DNA from: a virus
IMG/VR virus record: IMGVR_UViG_3300042691_031577
Coordinates: 46,142 to 110,141 of that record
Length of the DNA stretch: 64,000 nt
Direction: 5' to 3' (one strand)
Part shown: piece by piece, positions 1 to 10,528 of the stretch
Position numbering within the stretch: the stretch's first letter is position 1
Layout of the letters: the number at the start of each line of letters is the position of its first letter
Notes under the pieces: model-generated
What the model saw: only the letters and a program-made list of their open reading frames with translations
Databases searched by the model: none
What the model was told of the DNA's origin: nothing
Made by a program: the position numbers and the translations under genes

Positions 1-1011
1 CATTAATGAGTCAGTATAATAAAATGGATTCTTTTTTAGATTCTTAATTGCGATTTTTGCGGCTTCTTTTTTGGTTAAATCGTTATTTTTTTCAATTTCA
101 TAATCTATACCGATTAAAACTTCTTGACCGTTTAAATTGTCGATTTCAGAAAATTTAGAATATAATTCTTTACCACTGGTGTTAGTAGTATAAGATTCAT
201 TCAATGACATTCTTTGCTCTAAGTCATCAATCATTTTCTTAATTTTCTCAGTTGGCGTTTTAGCATATATTTTCTTTAAGAAATTAAGCTCAGATTGGTC
301 TATTTTTTTATCAACACCATATTTTTCTTCTGGGGTTTGTTTAGGTTTGATACTCATACTAGCTGCTTTTCTTTCTGCTTCTGCTTCAGGGTCACCTGCT
401 ATTCCGTAGATATCAGCTTCTTTTAATGATTCGTATGGTGGTAAATCAAACTCAGTCCATCCTAACCATGAACCTGCTTTTAAAGCAGCATCGTAATATT
501 TTTCAGCTTTTAATAAATCACCTTCAGAGTATGCTTGTAATCCTTTTTCATAGTATTCTTCAGCTTGTACCATAGATTTCATATCAAAATCACGATCGCC
601 ATCAGTTGGATCAGATGAAAAATAAGGATTTTCGTTTTCTTCAGTATACATTCCTGTTTTACCTTTAATAGGATTTAATTCAACAACACCATTAACAGGT
701 TCTGATATTCTATATATAGTATCATCTAATTCTGCTTTTAGTATATTATCAAAAAAAGCTAATTCAGGAAATACTTCTTTACCATTTAAGGTATAAGTAT
801 ATTGATCATATTTTTCTAATTTTTCTTGATTTTTATCTTTAATATCAGCTTCAGTTAAGATAGCTTTATTTCTTAATATTTTAACAGTATCATCAAATGA
901 TGTTGTATTAGTAACTAAATGAGGTAAAGTCATACGAACGTTACGCATAAATTGCGCTTGATTCATTTTACCTTCTTTTAAATCTATAAATTGTTGTTTT
1001 ACACTTTTCAT
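1..1011 (-). CDS. Hypothetical virion-associated protein, partial (runs off the left edge), with a DUF5661-like segment
   Basis: ATG at 1011 (MKSVKQQFIDLKEGKMNQ...), preceded by the late motif at 1015-1023. The frame is open where checked and ends ...EVLIGIDYEIEKNNDLTKKEAAKIAIKNLKKNPFYYT. Not in the ORF track because it is truncated. Confidence 0.75.
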   Translation of the reverse strand, partial: MKSVKQQFIDLKEGKMNQAQFMRNVRMTLPHLVTNTTSFDDTVKILRNKAILTEADIKDKNQEKLEKYDQYTYTLNGKEVFPELAFFDNILKAELDDTIYRISEPVNGVVELNPIKGKTGMYTEENENPYFSSDPTDGDRDFDMKSMVQAEEYYEKGLQAYSEGDLLKAEKYYDAALKAGSWLGWTEFDLPPYESLKEADIYGIAGDPEAEAERKAASMSIKPKQTPEEKYGVDKKIDQSELNFLKKIYAKTPTEKIKKMIDDLEQRMSLNESYTTNTSGKELYSKFSEIDNLNGQEVLIGIDYEIEKNNDLTKKEAAKIAIKNLKKNPFYYTDSLM

Positions 1012-1027
1012 GCGTATAAATATTATG

Positions 1028-1414
1028 TTATATGTTAAAATACTGGCTTTTTAATTTGTCTACAGCTTCTACAATATGGTCTAAAGCTTCTTCTAATAAG
1101 TAAAGATCGTCATTTAAATTATCTAATTTAGTAACTAGATTATCTAATTTAGACACGTTATCTGGGTATTCAGCGACATCATACATTTCAACTACTTTGT
1201 AGTATTTTTGAGCTTTACTATCAAGAAATGATCTAGTTTGTTTTACTTTATCTAACAAAGAATTTATTTCATCTGGAGATTCAATGACGCTTTGTATGCT
1301 AATATCATATATTTTTGAACGTAATGTTCTAAATATATTTTCTGCTGTTGATTTTTCTTTTTCAGCAGATAATACAAATTCATCTATCTTTTCTGGTGTA
1401 TATGATATATCCAT
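1028..1414 (-). CDS. Hypothetical acidic coiled-coil protein
   Basis: 128-aa ORF, TAATG-coupled to the upstream small ORF. Confidence 0.7.
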   Translation of the reverse strand: MDISYTPEKIDEFVLSAEKEKSTAENIFRTLRSKIYDISIQSVIESPDEINSLLDKVKQTRSFLDSKAQKYYKVVEMYDVAEYPDNVSKLDNLVTKLDNLNDDLYLLEEALDHIVEAVDKLKSQYFNI

Positions 1415-1545
1415 TATCGTCCTTGTCCTCTATAGTTTTGTTCTGAGCTATCGTGTTTGTTAGTGCGTTTTTGAGCTTTGCCTTTTTTACGAACGCCAAA
1501 GCTTATTTTACGTGATTCTTTAGATGCTGCTTTTGCTTTTGCCAT
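1414..1545 (-). CDS. Small basic protein ending YRGQGR (43 aa)
   Basis: Hand translation: MAKAKAASKESRKISFGVRKKGKAQKRTNKHDSSEQNYRGQGR*. It fills the gap exactly, with TAATG overlaps on both sides. The YRGQGR terminus recurs in T4-like phage small proteins. Confidence 0.8.
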   Translation of the reverse strand: MAKAKAASKESRKISFGVRKKGKAQKRTNKHDSSEQNYRGQGR

Positions 1546-2654
1546 TACTGGTAGATTGATTTAATTTTATTGCTAATTTTATTTGATATTTCACTAATTT
1601 CATTTATAGCTTTTAAGCTACGCTTCCAATAGTTTGTACCATCTTCGTTTTCACTTAATTCTTGTTTAATACGAGTAGTATATTCAATTAATTGATCTAC
1701 TTCAGATAATTTACGTTTTACTTCACGAATACTTTTATGAAGCATTTCTGCTTTAGTTCTATATTTAACTTCGTTTTTAAATTTATTATACGATACTTCG
1801 TTTAATAATTCTTCTTTAATAAGATTATTCAACACTTCTTCTAAAGGATAATCAAATGGTTCTTCACCTGTTATTTTACTACTTTTAATATATTCTATTA
1901 AAGATTCAATATTATTAAAATAAGTATATCCTTCTTCTCTTCCTAAATTATCTATTTCTAAAACAAAATATGGTTTATCACCAGATGTAGTTTCTCCACA
2001 TATTAAAGTCATAAATCCAGAACCATCTGCATAATCAACAGGTATTTGTACTCTGGCTAAATTTTTATTTTTACCTGAATAAACTATTTTAGCTTCTTCA
2101 AAAATAGGTTTTATTGCTGATAGTATATTATTTGCAGATTCTTGGTATTTAATATTTTGTTCATTCATTGCTGATTTTTTACCTTTCCAAAGTTCTTTAT
2201 AATCTAACATTTTAGAATTTTTAGGCATACCTTTAACTGTTTTAAATCCCATTTTTTCAGCGTATTTAGTTGCTTTATTTTTCTTTTGTCCTTTAGGAGC
2301 AAAAGCATATGGGGTTTGAATAGGACCTGCTCCAACACCAATAGCGCCAGTAGCTGATTCTTCATTCATACCCATTAATTTTTTATACATAGATAAATCA
2401 GATAAGCTTTGACCTTCAGGATTCTTAGCTAAGTTATCTATTTGATCAATAGTTACTTCACCTGAATCAAGTGCTTTTTTTAACCAAGTACCATTTATTA
2501 TGTTATGTTTATATAAAAATGATTTAGCTTTATCATCATTTCTAGTATAAATATTTAACCAATTATATAATGTATCCCAGTTACTAGATTCATTTTCAAG
2601 AACATTTTCTAGTTCTTCTTTAATAATCTGTTTTAATAAAGATACTTTCATCAT
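1545..2654 (-). CDS. Hypothetical head-associated protein with LKQIIKEE leader
   Basis: 369-aa ORF in the portal cluster; modular sequence punctuated by L/I/M-x-E motifs. Confidence 0.7.
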   Translation of the reverse strand: MMKVSLLKQIIKEELENVLENESSNWDTLYNWLNIYTRNDDKAKSFLYKHNIINGTWLKKALDSGEVTIDQIDNLAKNPEGQSLSDLSMYKKLMGMNEESATGAIGVGAGPIQTPYAFAPKGQKKNKATKYAEKMGFKTVKGMPKNSKMLDYKELWKGKKSAMNEQNIKYQESANNILSAIKPIFEEAKIVYSGKNKNLARVQIPVDYADGSGFMTLICGETTSGDKPYFVLEIDNLGREEGYTYFNNIESLIEYIKSSKITGEEPFDYPLEEVLNNLIKEELLNEVSYNKFKNEVKYRTKAEMLHKSIREVKRKLSEVDQLIEYTTRIKQELSENEDGTNYWKRSLKAINEISEISNKISNKIKSIYQ

Positions 2655-3505
2655 TTAATAGAATTTAACTCGTTAATTAATTGGTGGTACTGGAGTAAAG
2701 AGATGATATTTTCGTCCTTTACGTTTTGATTTTTATTAAGAGGCTGTAGTAAATTAATTACTTCAGTTAATTTAATTTGAGTTGTTTTGTCATCAACACT
2801 TTTAACTAGTTCTGTTAATTCTTTAGTAATTAAAGCATACTGAGTGTTAACAAATTCTTTTAATGCTGTTGTGTTGGTAATATTGTTGATGTATTCTTTT
2901 AATACTGTTTTTTGCTTATTATTCAGAGTAGAATATTTTTTGTTAAATCTTTCTAGCAATACTCTGTAAGCTAGTAAACGAGTACCTTTATCCATCTTAG
3001 CATATTCTTCAAGAATACGGTCTTTAACCTGATCTTTATTTACTTCTTTACGTGTGATATGCTCCAGTAATGTTACTTTATTATCTATAATTTGATTAGG
3101 TTCAACAAACTCACTTGAGTTTTGAGCCTCTATTAAATTATACACAGCAGCATACTGTGAGTAGTGGTTGATTTTTGCTTTAAAAAATTCTTCTATATTG
3201 TAATGCTCGCGAATTTCTTTAATCAAATTATACTTTTCTTTACGTAAAGTAGATTTATTTAAACGCGATGATGCATTTAGAGTACTATTTATGAATATCT
3301 CCGCTTTACTTTCAGTAAGTGCTTTAGAGTTTACAAGAACTTGATACAATTTGTATTCTTTAGCTAATTCAGTTTTGTTAAAATATTTCTTAACTAAATC
3401 AATAGCTGCTGAGTCTTTGTTAGATATAGTATCGGATGCTATTTGTCTAACAAGTAGTTCAAATAATATGCCCGTGTTTTTAAATTTGTTGTGTTTAATT
3501 TTCAT
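2651..3505 (-). CDS. Hypothetical protein next to portal (possible head assembly protein)
   Basis: 284 aa, N-terminus MKIKHNKFKNTGILFELLVRQI; late motif at 3524-3532; directly downstream of portal. Confidence 0.65.
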   Translation of the reverse strand: MKIKHNKFKNTGILFELLVRQIASDTISNKDSAAIDLVKKYFNKTELAKEYKLYQVLVNSKALTESKAEIFINSTLNASSRLNKSTLRKEKYNLIKEIREHYNIEEFFKAKINHYSQYAAVYNLIEAQNSSEFVEPNQIIDNKVTLLEHITRKEVNKDQVKDRILEEYAKMDKGTRLLAYRVLLERFNKKYSTLNNKQKTVLKEYINNITNTTALKEFVNTQYALITKELTELVKSVDDKTTQIKLTEVINLLQPLNKNQNVKDENIISLLQYHQLINELNSIK

Positions 3506-3539
3506 AAAAAAGTGTACACTATCTATAAATATGTAATAA

Positions 3540-5444
3540 TTATATGTCCTTAATATTTTCTTCAGATAATAAGTCAGAATCTAAATCAGGATTATATACT
3601 ATATCTTTTCTTAAATGATTCATAGATTCAAGTAAATGCTTATTCTTATGTAGTTCAGTTAATGCTAATGGAGAACCACCTTTAGGTGTACCACTATCCA
3701 TATCATTACTAGGTTTATTAGCAGTATATAGAGTATTCATGCCTTTTTTACCTAATCTATCTTTACCTAATGGATCTTTCTGTGTGTTTATAATAGAAGA
3801 TTTTTCTTTTGGACGACCTATTGGTGCTTTTTCATCATATCCACCAGGTATGTTTTGTTGTGCTTCCATTCCTGTTCTACCACGACCATACAGTGCTGCT
3901 AAGTCATGAGGTGTTCCGTATGATTTACCTGATTTAGCTGGGTCATTACCCTCGTTTTCGATTTGGCCTAAACGGAATGTACGTTTTTTATCTTCCATTA
4001 CTAAATCACGTAATTCATCATATTGATCTTCTGATAGTTTAAATACATTATCATAAATCCAATCAGACGGGATTAAATTAGTATCTAATAAGTCTTTAGC
4101 TAATGCAACTTTTTCTTTCCATATAGCTATTTTCTCTTGATCATATATGATTGAAGGAGTAGTTAATGATAATTCAAAATTACCTAATGATTCACCATCG
4201 TATCCTTGAACATATAAATGAACTAATGCTATTTTATATAATTCGGATAATACAATACGTTGGATACGTTCTACTGTGCGAGCAAAACGAATATCTTCAG
4301 CTGCTAATGTTGCTTTACCTGTTAAATCTTTTTCAAATCCAAAAAACGCTTTAGGTACTTTAAGAGCAGCTAACATTTCATCACGTAAGAAATTTACGTC
4401 CTCAATAGCATTATACTCTAATCCTTTAATAGTATCGATTTTAGTATTTGAATTAGTACCACGTTGAGGTATATAGAAATCCTCCATAACATTCATCATG
4501 TTATATTTAAGATTATATTCACCTGTGTTTTGGTCAATATAAGGAGTTTTCTTCATTTTTTGCTTTAAACGCTCCATATAACCATCAACCTCATTTGGTG
4601 GCATATTTCCAATATCAACGTAAAATACACGTTTTTCTGGGGCGCGAGTAATACGATGTAGTAACATCGCATCTTTCATTAAAATATATTGTTTATATGT
4701 TTTACGAGCTGGCTCTATGTATGATCTACCATATGGAAGATAGTTAGCATCTGCTAATAATCTAAAGTGAGCTATTTCGTAGTTTTCAAATTTAATCTTT
4801 CCCTCTCTATCGTTTATACGGCTATTAATACCACCAGCAGCAATAACCATTGGATCTATCTTAAAGCATACATAATTAGGATTTTCAGGATCAGTTCCTT
4901 CTTCACGAACCATATCATAAACTGATAATGGAGATACATTATATACTCCAAATTTTTCAGCTATGTCTAAGTGTAAATAAAAATCACCATACTTACACAT
5001 ATTTCTAATCCATACCCATAAATTAAATTCAATATTTAAAATATCGTAGAATAAATTATACAATATGCGTTGAATATTTTCGTCTGAACTTCTAATTTGA
5101 ATTATTTCTCCTGTTTCATTTTTTAATGTAGCTTCATCAGCTACAATATCAAGAGCAGAGGCTATGATTGATTCTGTATCCATTGCTTCATAATCAGTAT
5201 ATAACTGAATACGAAGTGTTTGGTAATTCATTGTAGGATTATAAGGCATATTAGCTCCATATCTATGGAGTTTAGTAAACCTATCAATCAGGGCATTTGT
5301 TTTTACGTTACCATATGCTTGAATGCGGTCAACATCTGTTGTTTTTAGTTGTTTTCCGCCTACATTTCTAATGATAACATCAGTACTAAATAGACGTCTT
5401 AATTGCCCAAATAGTCCCGTGTTATTTATATTATTTTCTGCCAT
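3540..5444 (-). CDS. Portal protein (T4 gp20-like)
   Basis: gp20-type motifs: YEAMD..IASALDIVADE, DAMLLHRITRAPEKRVFYVDIGNMP, MEDFYIPQRG, ALKVPK, EDIRFARTVERIQ; adjacent to terminase. Confidence 0.95.
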   Translation of the reverse strand: MAENNINNTGLFGQLRRLFSTDVIIRNVGGKQLKTTDVDRIQAYGNVKTNALIDRFTKLHRYGANMPYNPTMNYQTLRIQLYTDYEAMDTESIIASALDIVADEATLKNETGEIIQIRSSDENIQRILYNLFYDILNIEFNLWVWIRNMCKYGDFYLHLDIAEKFGVYNVSPLSVYDMVREEGTDPENPNYVCFKIDPMVIAAGGINSRINDREGKIKFENYEIAHFRLLADANYLPYGRSYIEPARKTYKQYILMKDAMLLHRITRAPEKRVFYVDIGNMPPNEVDGYMERLKQKMKKTPYIDQNTGEYNLKYNMMNVMEDFYIPQRGTNSNTKIDTIKGLEYNAIEDVNFLRDEMLAALKVPKAFFGFEKDLTGKATLAAEDIRFARTVERIQRIVLSELYKIALVHLYVQGYDGESLGNFELSLTTPSIIYDQEKIAIWKEKVALAKDLLDTNLIPSDWIYDNVFKLSEDQYDELRDLVMEDKKRTFRLGQIENEGNDPAKSGKSYGTPHDLAALYGRGRTGMEAQQNIPGGYDEKAPIGRPKEKSSIINTQKDPLGKDRLGKKGMNTLYTANKPSNDMDSGTPKGGSPLALTELHKNKHLLESMNHLRKDIVYNPDLDSDLLSEENIKDI

Positions 5445-5473
5445 TTTATATACTTAATATATTAATAAATATG

Positions 5474-7072
5474 TTAGCCTAATAACCAGCTAATATCTTC
5501 TACTCCACCAACACCATTATCTAGTTGGTATGGATTTTGAAATCCCGGTTGCATGTTACTATACATTCCTGGGGTTTTAGTATTGCTTATATTTAAAACA
5601 GCTGCTCTAGTTAAATCTAAACCTTGAGCGCTAAATTTTAGACCAGTGTCACGAACAAATAAACCAATACCTAATGCCATTGCCAAATCATCATTATATC
5701 CATTTTGCGCTTGTGCTTTACCATTTTGCCAAATAAACACACGTAGCTCTTCTAATAGACGTTTAGAGTGAAAAATAAACGATCTTTCTCTAATGTACGT
5801 CTCCATCTTTGAGATGACAAGTGGTCTTGTACGAGTAGAGTTAGTAAAACCAGGAACTGTGTTATCGCTTTCCATTTTGGCCATCCATTTATCTATATTC
5901 ATTTCACCATATGATCTAGGTGAATAATATAGATTAGGATATCCTCGTTCTATAATTGTATTTACAACGTCCCATCCTATATTAGCGTTTTCTACTACGA
6001 GTAAAGCATTGTTGTATTCACCTGCTATAGAAACTAATACATGACCAAATTCACGGGTACTAACCTGAGATTTGTATTCGGCTACTTGCTCACAATTTTC
6101 TAAATCAATAACATGGAATGTAGAATAGTCAGTTCCATCACCACGAGCAACGTCAGCACATACTATATAGTTTTTAGAGTAATTTGGATATTGCCATATC
6201 CATAAATCACCCCCCATTAATCGTCTTTCTATAGGATCTTGAATATATGTTTGCTCGTAAAATCCTAAAATTTCTGATTCTATTACAGTATTACCTGATC
6301 CTAAAAAGTCACAATCATATTCTTGAGCAAATTCACGAGGCGACATATTAGATCGTTCTCTTTGTTCCCATTCAGGGTCTACAGGGGCAACACGATCAGG
6401 GTGTAAATTCCATGGTAATTTAATTGCTTTAAAGTCGTTGTCACCAACTTCTGCTTCAGTATACATTCTATGAAACCAGTTACCTACACCATTAGGTGAA
6501 GATAAAGCTATAATACCACCACCAGTAGCAATTGTAGGTTTAATACTCGTGTATATTTTATCAATACCCTCGATAAACGCAGCCTCATCCACTATTAGTA
6601 AAGATACTGCGTATGATCGACCAGCATCGGATGCTGCTGATGTAGCTACGATTTGAGAGTTATTAGCTAATTTAAGTGATAATTTGTTATCGGAAATAGG
6701 TTTTTGATTACCTCTTAACCAACTAGGAAGATTGTTATACATAAACTGTACTTTTTCAACCATGCCTTTAGCGGTTTCTTGTTTAGTAGCGATACATAGT
6801 ACTGTTTTATCTTTATGGAATAACATAGTCCATAATGAATATCCAGCTACTAGAGTTGATATACCTAACTGGCGAGATTTATTGATGATAGTAAATCTAT
6901 TATCTCGAATATCTTGTAATGTATCGGCCTGAAATGGATATAGGTGAAATAGTACTCGTCCTTTTACAGGATGGGTTATATAACAATATTTACGAAAAAA
7001 ATGGATTGGATCAGTAGCACATTTAATGTATTCTTGCTTTATGATCTCCTTAATTTGTTGTTGATTACTCAT
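5474..7072 (-). CDS. terL: Terminase large subunit (T4 gp17-like)
   Basis: Walker A KSRQLGIST, Walker B LLIVDEAAF, motif III SSPNG, nuclease motifs ADVARGDGTDYS, VVENAN and NDDLAMAL; no intein. Confidence 0.97.
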   Translation of the reverse strand: MSNQQQIKEIIKQEYIKCATDPIHFFRKYCYITHPVKGRVLFHLYPFQADTLQDIRDNRFTIINKSRQLGISTLVAGYSLWTMLFHKDKTVLCIATKQETAKGMVEKVQFMYNNLPSWLRGNQKPISDNKLSLKLANNSQIVATSAASDAGRSYAVSLLIVDEAAFIEGIDKIYTSIKPTIATGGGIIALSSPNGVGNWFHRMYTEAEVGDNDFKAIKLPWNLHPDRVAPVDPEWEQRERSNMSPREFAQEYDCDFLGSGNTVIESEILGFYEQTYIQDPIERRLMGGDLWIWQYPNYSKNYIVCADVARGDGTDYSTFHVIDLENCEQVAEYKSQVSTREFGHVLVSIAGEYNNALLVVENANIGWDVVNTIIERGYPNLYYSPRSYGEMNIDKWMAKMESDNTVPGFTNSTRTRPLVISKMETYIRERSFIFHSKRLLEELRVFIWQNGKAQAQNGYNDDLAMALGIGLFVRDTGLKFSAQGLDLTRAAVLNISNTKTPGMYSNMQPGFQNPYQLDNGVGGVEDISWLLG

Positions 7073-7129
7073 ATACTACACAATGTGTTGTATATAAATA
7101 TATAAGATTTATTATCTCAAATAAGATAT

Positions 7130-7792
7130 TTATTTTACTACAAGTATTACAGTTAAAATAGCAGCAACAGCAGTTACGGCCTTAGTACTTAATTTTAAAA
7201 GCTTATTTTGAGTATTTACTTTAGTATACTCTTTATTTAAAGTATTATACTTTACATCTTGTAAAGATATGATATTTTGTTGTGCTGTATCTTTTATTTG
7301 GAACGAGTGTATAGTACTGTCTTTAATGACTATCTGTTGACCTAATACAGTGTTAATACTATCAGCATATGATAAATCTTGTCTATCACCATCACAATAT
7401 AATAGATCACGAGCAGCACCTACTGCTGATTCCTTAGGTAAAGAAAATGCTGTTTTATCTTCAGTTGGGTATCTGTCTACAAAAAATTTATGTAATGTAT
7501 CTGAATTAGATAAATTAGGGTTATTTGCTTTTTTATTAGCTTCAGCTCTAGCTTTATTTCTTTCTTGGGCTAAATAAACTACTTGTTTTGCTAAAGCTGA
7601 GTCCTTTTTAGCTAAACCAGCAATAATTAAATTTTGTTCGTCTACAATTATTTTTTCAGAATCAATTACTTTATTCAAGCTATCTATTGTTTGTTGAAAT
7701 TTAGCGTCCGACGGACCATTACAAACAGAATAAGTAGTAAGTAAAATACCTACTACTATTCCTATTAATAACCATATTAATTTATTTGTCAT
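7130..7792 (-). CDS. Coiled-coil protein with hydrophobic segments at both ends (spanin-like candidate)
   Basis: N-terminal hydrophobic stretch followed by Cys24, helical core, C-terminal TM AVTAVAAILTVILVV. Confidence 0.5.
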   Translation of the reverse strand: MTNKLIWLLIGIVVGILLTTYSVCNGPSDAKFQQTIDSLNKVIDSEKIIVDEQNLIIAGLAKKDSALAKQVVYLAQERNKARAEANKKANNPNLSNSDTLHKFFVDRYPTEDKTAFSLPKESAVGAARDLLYCDGDRQDLSYADSINTVLGQQIVIKDSTIHSFQIKDTAQQNIISLQDVKYNTLNKEYTKVNTQNKLLKLSTKAVTAVAAILTVILVVK

Positions 7793-8685
7793 TTTATTAT
7801 ATTTGCTAACTTTTGGAACCGTTCCATTATTTCATCTTCAGATGGAGCGTTTTTTTCTTGTTCTACTTTATTTCTAACGTATTCGTTTGAATCAATTATA
7901 CTTTGAACACGTTGTTCAAGAGATGCTTTTAATTTAGTTAAACGTTCTACTTCGCTTGAACCTAATGATAAATCATCTCTACTTTTACCCATTTTTTTAG
8001 CTTGTGTTAATGCACTTTTAGTTCTAGCTAAACGTTCTTTAAATTTAGAATAATCCATCCAAGCATTATAATCTTCATCTGATAATCCTCCTACTGATGG
8101 TCTGTCCATTGGTAGTTCTGGCATTTCTGGCTCTTCCTCTTCTTCAGGTTGAGGCATACCAGATGGGAAAAATTCACCTGTTCTTCCACCTATGAAAAAA
8201 TCTTCCATACTGGGTGGTCCTGAGACTGTTTCAGGTTCACTAACTACTGTAGTCTCTCCCGTTTCATCATCCACTACTACTTCACCCATTTTAGCTATAA
8301 CACCGGCATCTTTCAAACCATTCATTAACGCATTTGCTATTTGTGGACGAATAAAGTTAAATTGATCTTGGATATCTTTCTTTTCTACACCTGGATTCTC
8401 TTTAATGTAATTAATAACATCAGCTACTGACACACCACTAATCATTTTAGTAGCATATGGTGTGGTATCAAATTCAGGATCAACAATTTGGTATCCTTTA
8501 GCTTTACGAGCCATTTCCGTTACTTTTTTATATTTTTGTTGAAAAGCAGAAGATTTTTCTGTATTATCATCAGGATCAATTACTGACGATAAACCTTTAG
8601 TGGCATCTGTTGGATTTTTTAATGTATATAATCCTACTTCTGATATTACTTCTTTAACTACGGCACGAATTTGTTTCGGGGTCAT
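7789..8685 (-). CDS. Hypothetical protein (probable start 8685, MTPKQIRAVVKEVISE)
   Basis: The late motif at 8711-8718 overlaps the track start at 8712, which favours the downstream ATG; leader motif; C-terminus ERFQKLANI. Confidence 0.7.
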   Translation of the reverse strand: MTPKQIRAVVKEVISEVGLYTLKNPTDATKGLSSVIDPDDNTEKSSAFQQKYKKVTEMARKAKGYQIVDPEFDTTPYATKMISGVSVADVINYIKENPGVEKKDIQDQFNFIRPQIANALMNGLKDAGVIAKMGEVVVDDETGETTVVSEPETVSGPPSMEDFFIGGRTGEFFPSGMPQPEEEEEPEMPELPMDRPSVGGLSDEDYNAWMDYSKFKERLARTKSALTQAKKMGKSRDDLSLGSSEVERLTKLKASLEQRVQSIIDSNEYVRNKVEQEKNAPSEDEIMERFQKLANIIK

Positions 8686-8717
8686 GATGTTTGCGTTTAT
8701 TTCTGTATACATAAATA

Positions 8718-9242
8718 TTAGTTTATTTGGGAAAGTATTGAATTGATGCGTTCTTCTGTAGAACCTTTAATTTCTATTAATTTTTTAGGTGGATATTGTT
8801 GTAGTAAACCTTTTATAACAAAATCAATTTTTTGACGATATTCTGCATCCGTTATGCGCACACCGTTGTCTTCAATATCAACGCCTTCAGGTGATACATA
8901 AATTATAACGTCATAATCACCTCTAATTATTAAAAATGATTCAATTAATTTTATTTTATCTTCCCAACTAATTGACTTAGCACTCATAGTAAATGCACAC
9001 ACATCATATATTGTTCTGTCTGTCAATAAATCATCATGCATTAATTCTAAACTGCGTTCTGCCGCAAACACAAATTGTCCTTTAGTTGTTGAGTCGTCAT
9101 TTAATAAGATTCCTTGATCACGTAAATATTTACTACGTTCTGTAGCTACATGATAATCTTTAAATTGTTCTAATTTGGCTAGCTCTTTAACTAAAGTGCT
9201 TTTGCCTACTGATACTGTTCCTGCTAATCCTATTCGTGCCAT
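8718..9242 (-). CDS. P-loop kinase/ATPase (NadR/AAA_28-like nucleotide kinase)
   Basis: Walker A GTVSVGKST, LLTDRTIYD, YDVIIYV..EDNGVR. Confidence 0.8.
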   Translation of the reverse strand: MARIGLAGTVSVGKSTLVKELAKLEQFKDYHVATERSKYLRDQGILLNDDSTTKGQFVFAAERSLELMHDDLLTDRTIYDVCAFTMSAKSISWEDKIKLIESFLIIRGDYDVIIYVSPEGVDIEDNGVRITDAEYRQKIDFVIKGLLQQYPPKKLIEIKGSTEERINSILSQIN

Positions 9243-9248
9243 ATTTTT

Positions 9249-9932
9249 TTATATTTTAAATTTCCAAATAAATCCTCCTGCTGTTTTTTGTTTACCTTTA
9301 CAGCAAGCCTGTATATCTCCTTTTCCTATATATTTTTTAGCTTCAACAATTGAAGGCCATTCTTGAATAAAATCACCTTCTAAATTATATTGGTTAATTG
9401 GTTTACTATTAGCTAATCTTACTCCTTTTATTATATTGTCTTTTTTTAATTTTATGTTATTTTTATGACTTTCAGATTTAAATTTTCCTATAGCTGATTT
9501 TCTCATTTTTTCTTTTGTTATCTCAGATGGAAACTTTCCTATCATTGATATTCTTTTTTTATTTTTAGTTTCATTAGAAACTATTTTTCCTTTATTAGAT
9601 TTACTAATTTTATTTTTAGTTTCTTCTGATCGAGGTCCTGTTCCTCTGTCGTATAATTCACAAAACAATACTTGTTTCCAATCTCCATTTACTTGATCTA
9701 AATAATATTGTTTCCAATATATTTCTCTTTCATTTAATTGTTCTAAATTGCATTCTTCAATTATTTCAAATATGTGTTGTTCCCAACCATATTTTTGATA
9801 TGAATTATATAGTTTAGAACCTATATGAGATTTACTTTTATGTTTATGTTGGTATTTTCTATTTTGTATATTAATAGATTGTCCTACATAAATTTTACCT
9901 TTAGGATTTGTTATTTTATATATTCCTGTCAT
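9249..9932 (-). CDS. Free-standing GIY-YIG homing endonuclease with NUMOD3 repeats and NUMOD1-like C-terminus
   Basis: GIYKITNPKGKIYVGQS, LNEREIYW, repeated SEETKNKIS-type units, C-terminus PINQYNLEG...ACCKGKQKTAGGFIWK. Confidence 0.92.
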   Translation of the reverse strand: MTGIYKITNPKGKIYVGQSINIQNRKYQHKHKSKSHIGSKLYNSYQKYGWEQHIFEIIEECNLEQLNEREIYWKQYYLDQVNGDWKQVLFCELYDRGTGPRSEETKNKISKSNKGKIVSNETKNKKRISMIGKFPSEITKEKMRKSAIGKFKSESHKNNIKLKKDNIIKGVRLANSKPINQYNLEGDFIQEWPSIVEAKKYIGKGDIQACCKGKQKTAGGFIWKFKI

Positions 9933-9956
9933 ATGATAATAAATATATAGGAATAC

Positions 9957-10205
9957 CTATTTCCCGTTAGAAGGAGAAGTAAGTCCCAAAGCTCTAGCTC
10001 TCTGGTAGGAAACATATTTACCATTTGCTGGGTTTAAATATTTTTTATCTGTTTTATTGTCTTTAGTATTTTCTACAGTTCCTAAATACTCTTTAGGATA
10101 AGACGTAGTTGTTTCAATAGGTCCACTAGTGGATTTATTTAAATCATATTTCCAAACACAAGTAGTACCATCATCATTAATAAACGTTCTTGTAAATTGT
10201 TTCAT
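9957..10205 (-). CDS. Hypothetical protein
   Basis: 82-aa ORF with its own hairpin-promoter at 10210-10239. Confidence 0.7.
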   Translation of the reverse strand: MKQFTRTFINDDGTTCVWKYDLNKSTSGPIETTTSYPKEYLGTVENTKDNKTDKKYLNPANGKYVSYQRARALGLTSPSNGK

Positions 10206-10209
10206 GTTA

Positions 10210-10239
10210 TAAAGATAAAAAAAGGGTCTTGACGACCCT
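10210..10239 (-). promoter_or_regulatory. Composite terminator hairpin / Bacteroidetes-type promoter
   Basis: Minus strand AGGGTC-GTCAA-GACCCT-TTTTT-TATCTTTA. Confidence 0.75.
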
Positions 10240-10244
10240 AATTT

Positions 10245-10487
10245 TTAAACTCTTGCTCCTGTATTTTTACCTATAGCGGTTTTAAACCATGGTAATCCAT
10301 TAGTATCACGTTTACGGTCTATCCAATCCTCTTTTGAATATTGAATACCGTAGATATAATATTCTGCTAATTTCATGTTACCTTGAGGGATTAAGGCTGG
10401 GCCATCCCAGTTATGGAGCTTATTTACTCCTGTTGTGTCACTATAATGTAATATAGTACCGTCTTTCGTTCTAAAAGTTCTTGTCAT
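10245..10487 (-). CDS. Hypothetical protein with LHxxDGPA motif
   Basis: KLHNWDGPALI...EYYIYG. Confidence 0.7.
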   Translation of the reverse strand: MTRTFRTKDGTILHYSDTTGVNKLHNWDGPALIPQGNMKLAEYYIYGIQYSKEDWIDRKRDTNGLPWFKTAIGKNTGARV

Positions 10488-10528
10488 ATTTTTACTTTCT
10501 TTTTTCGAAAGTTAATATTTCTTTTTCA

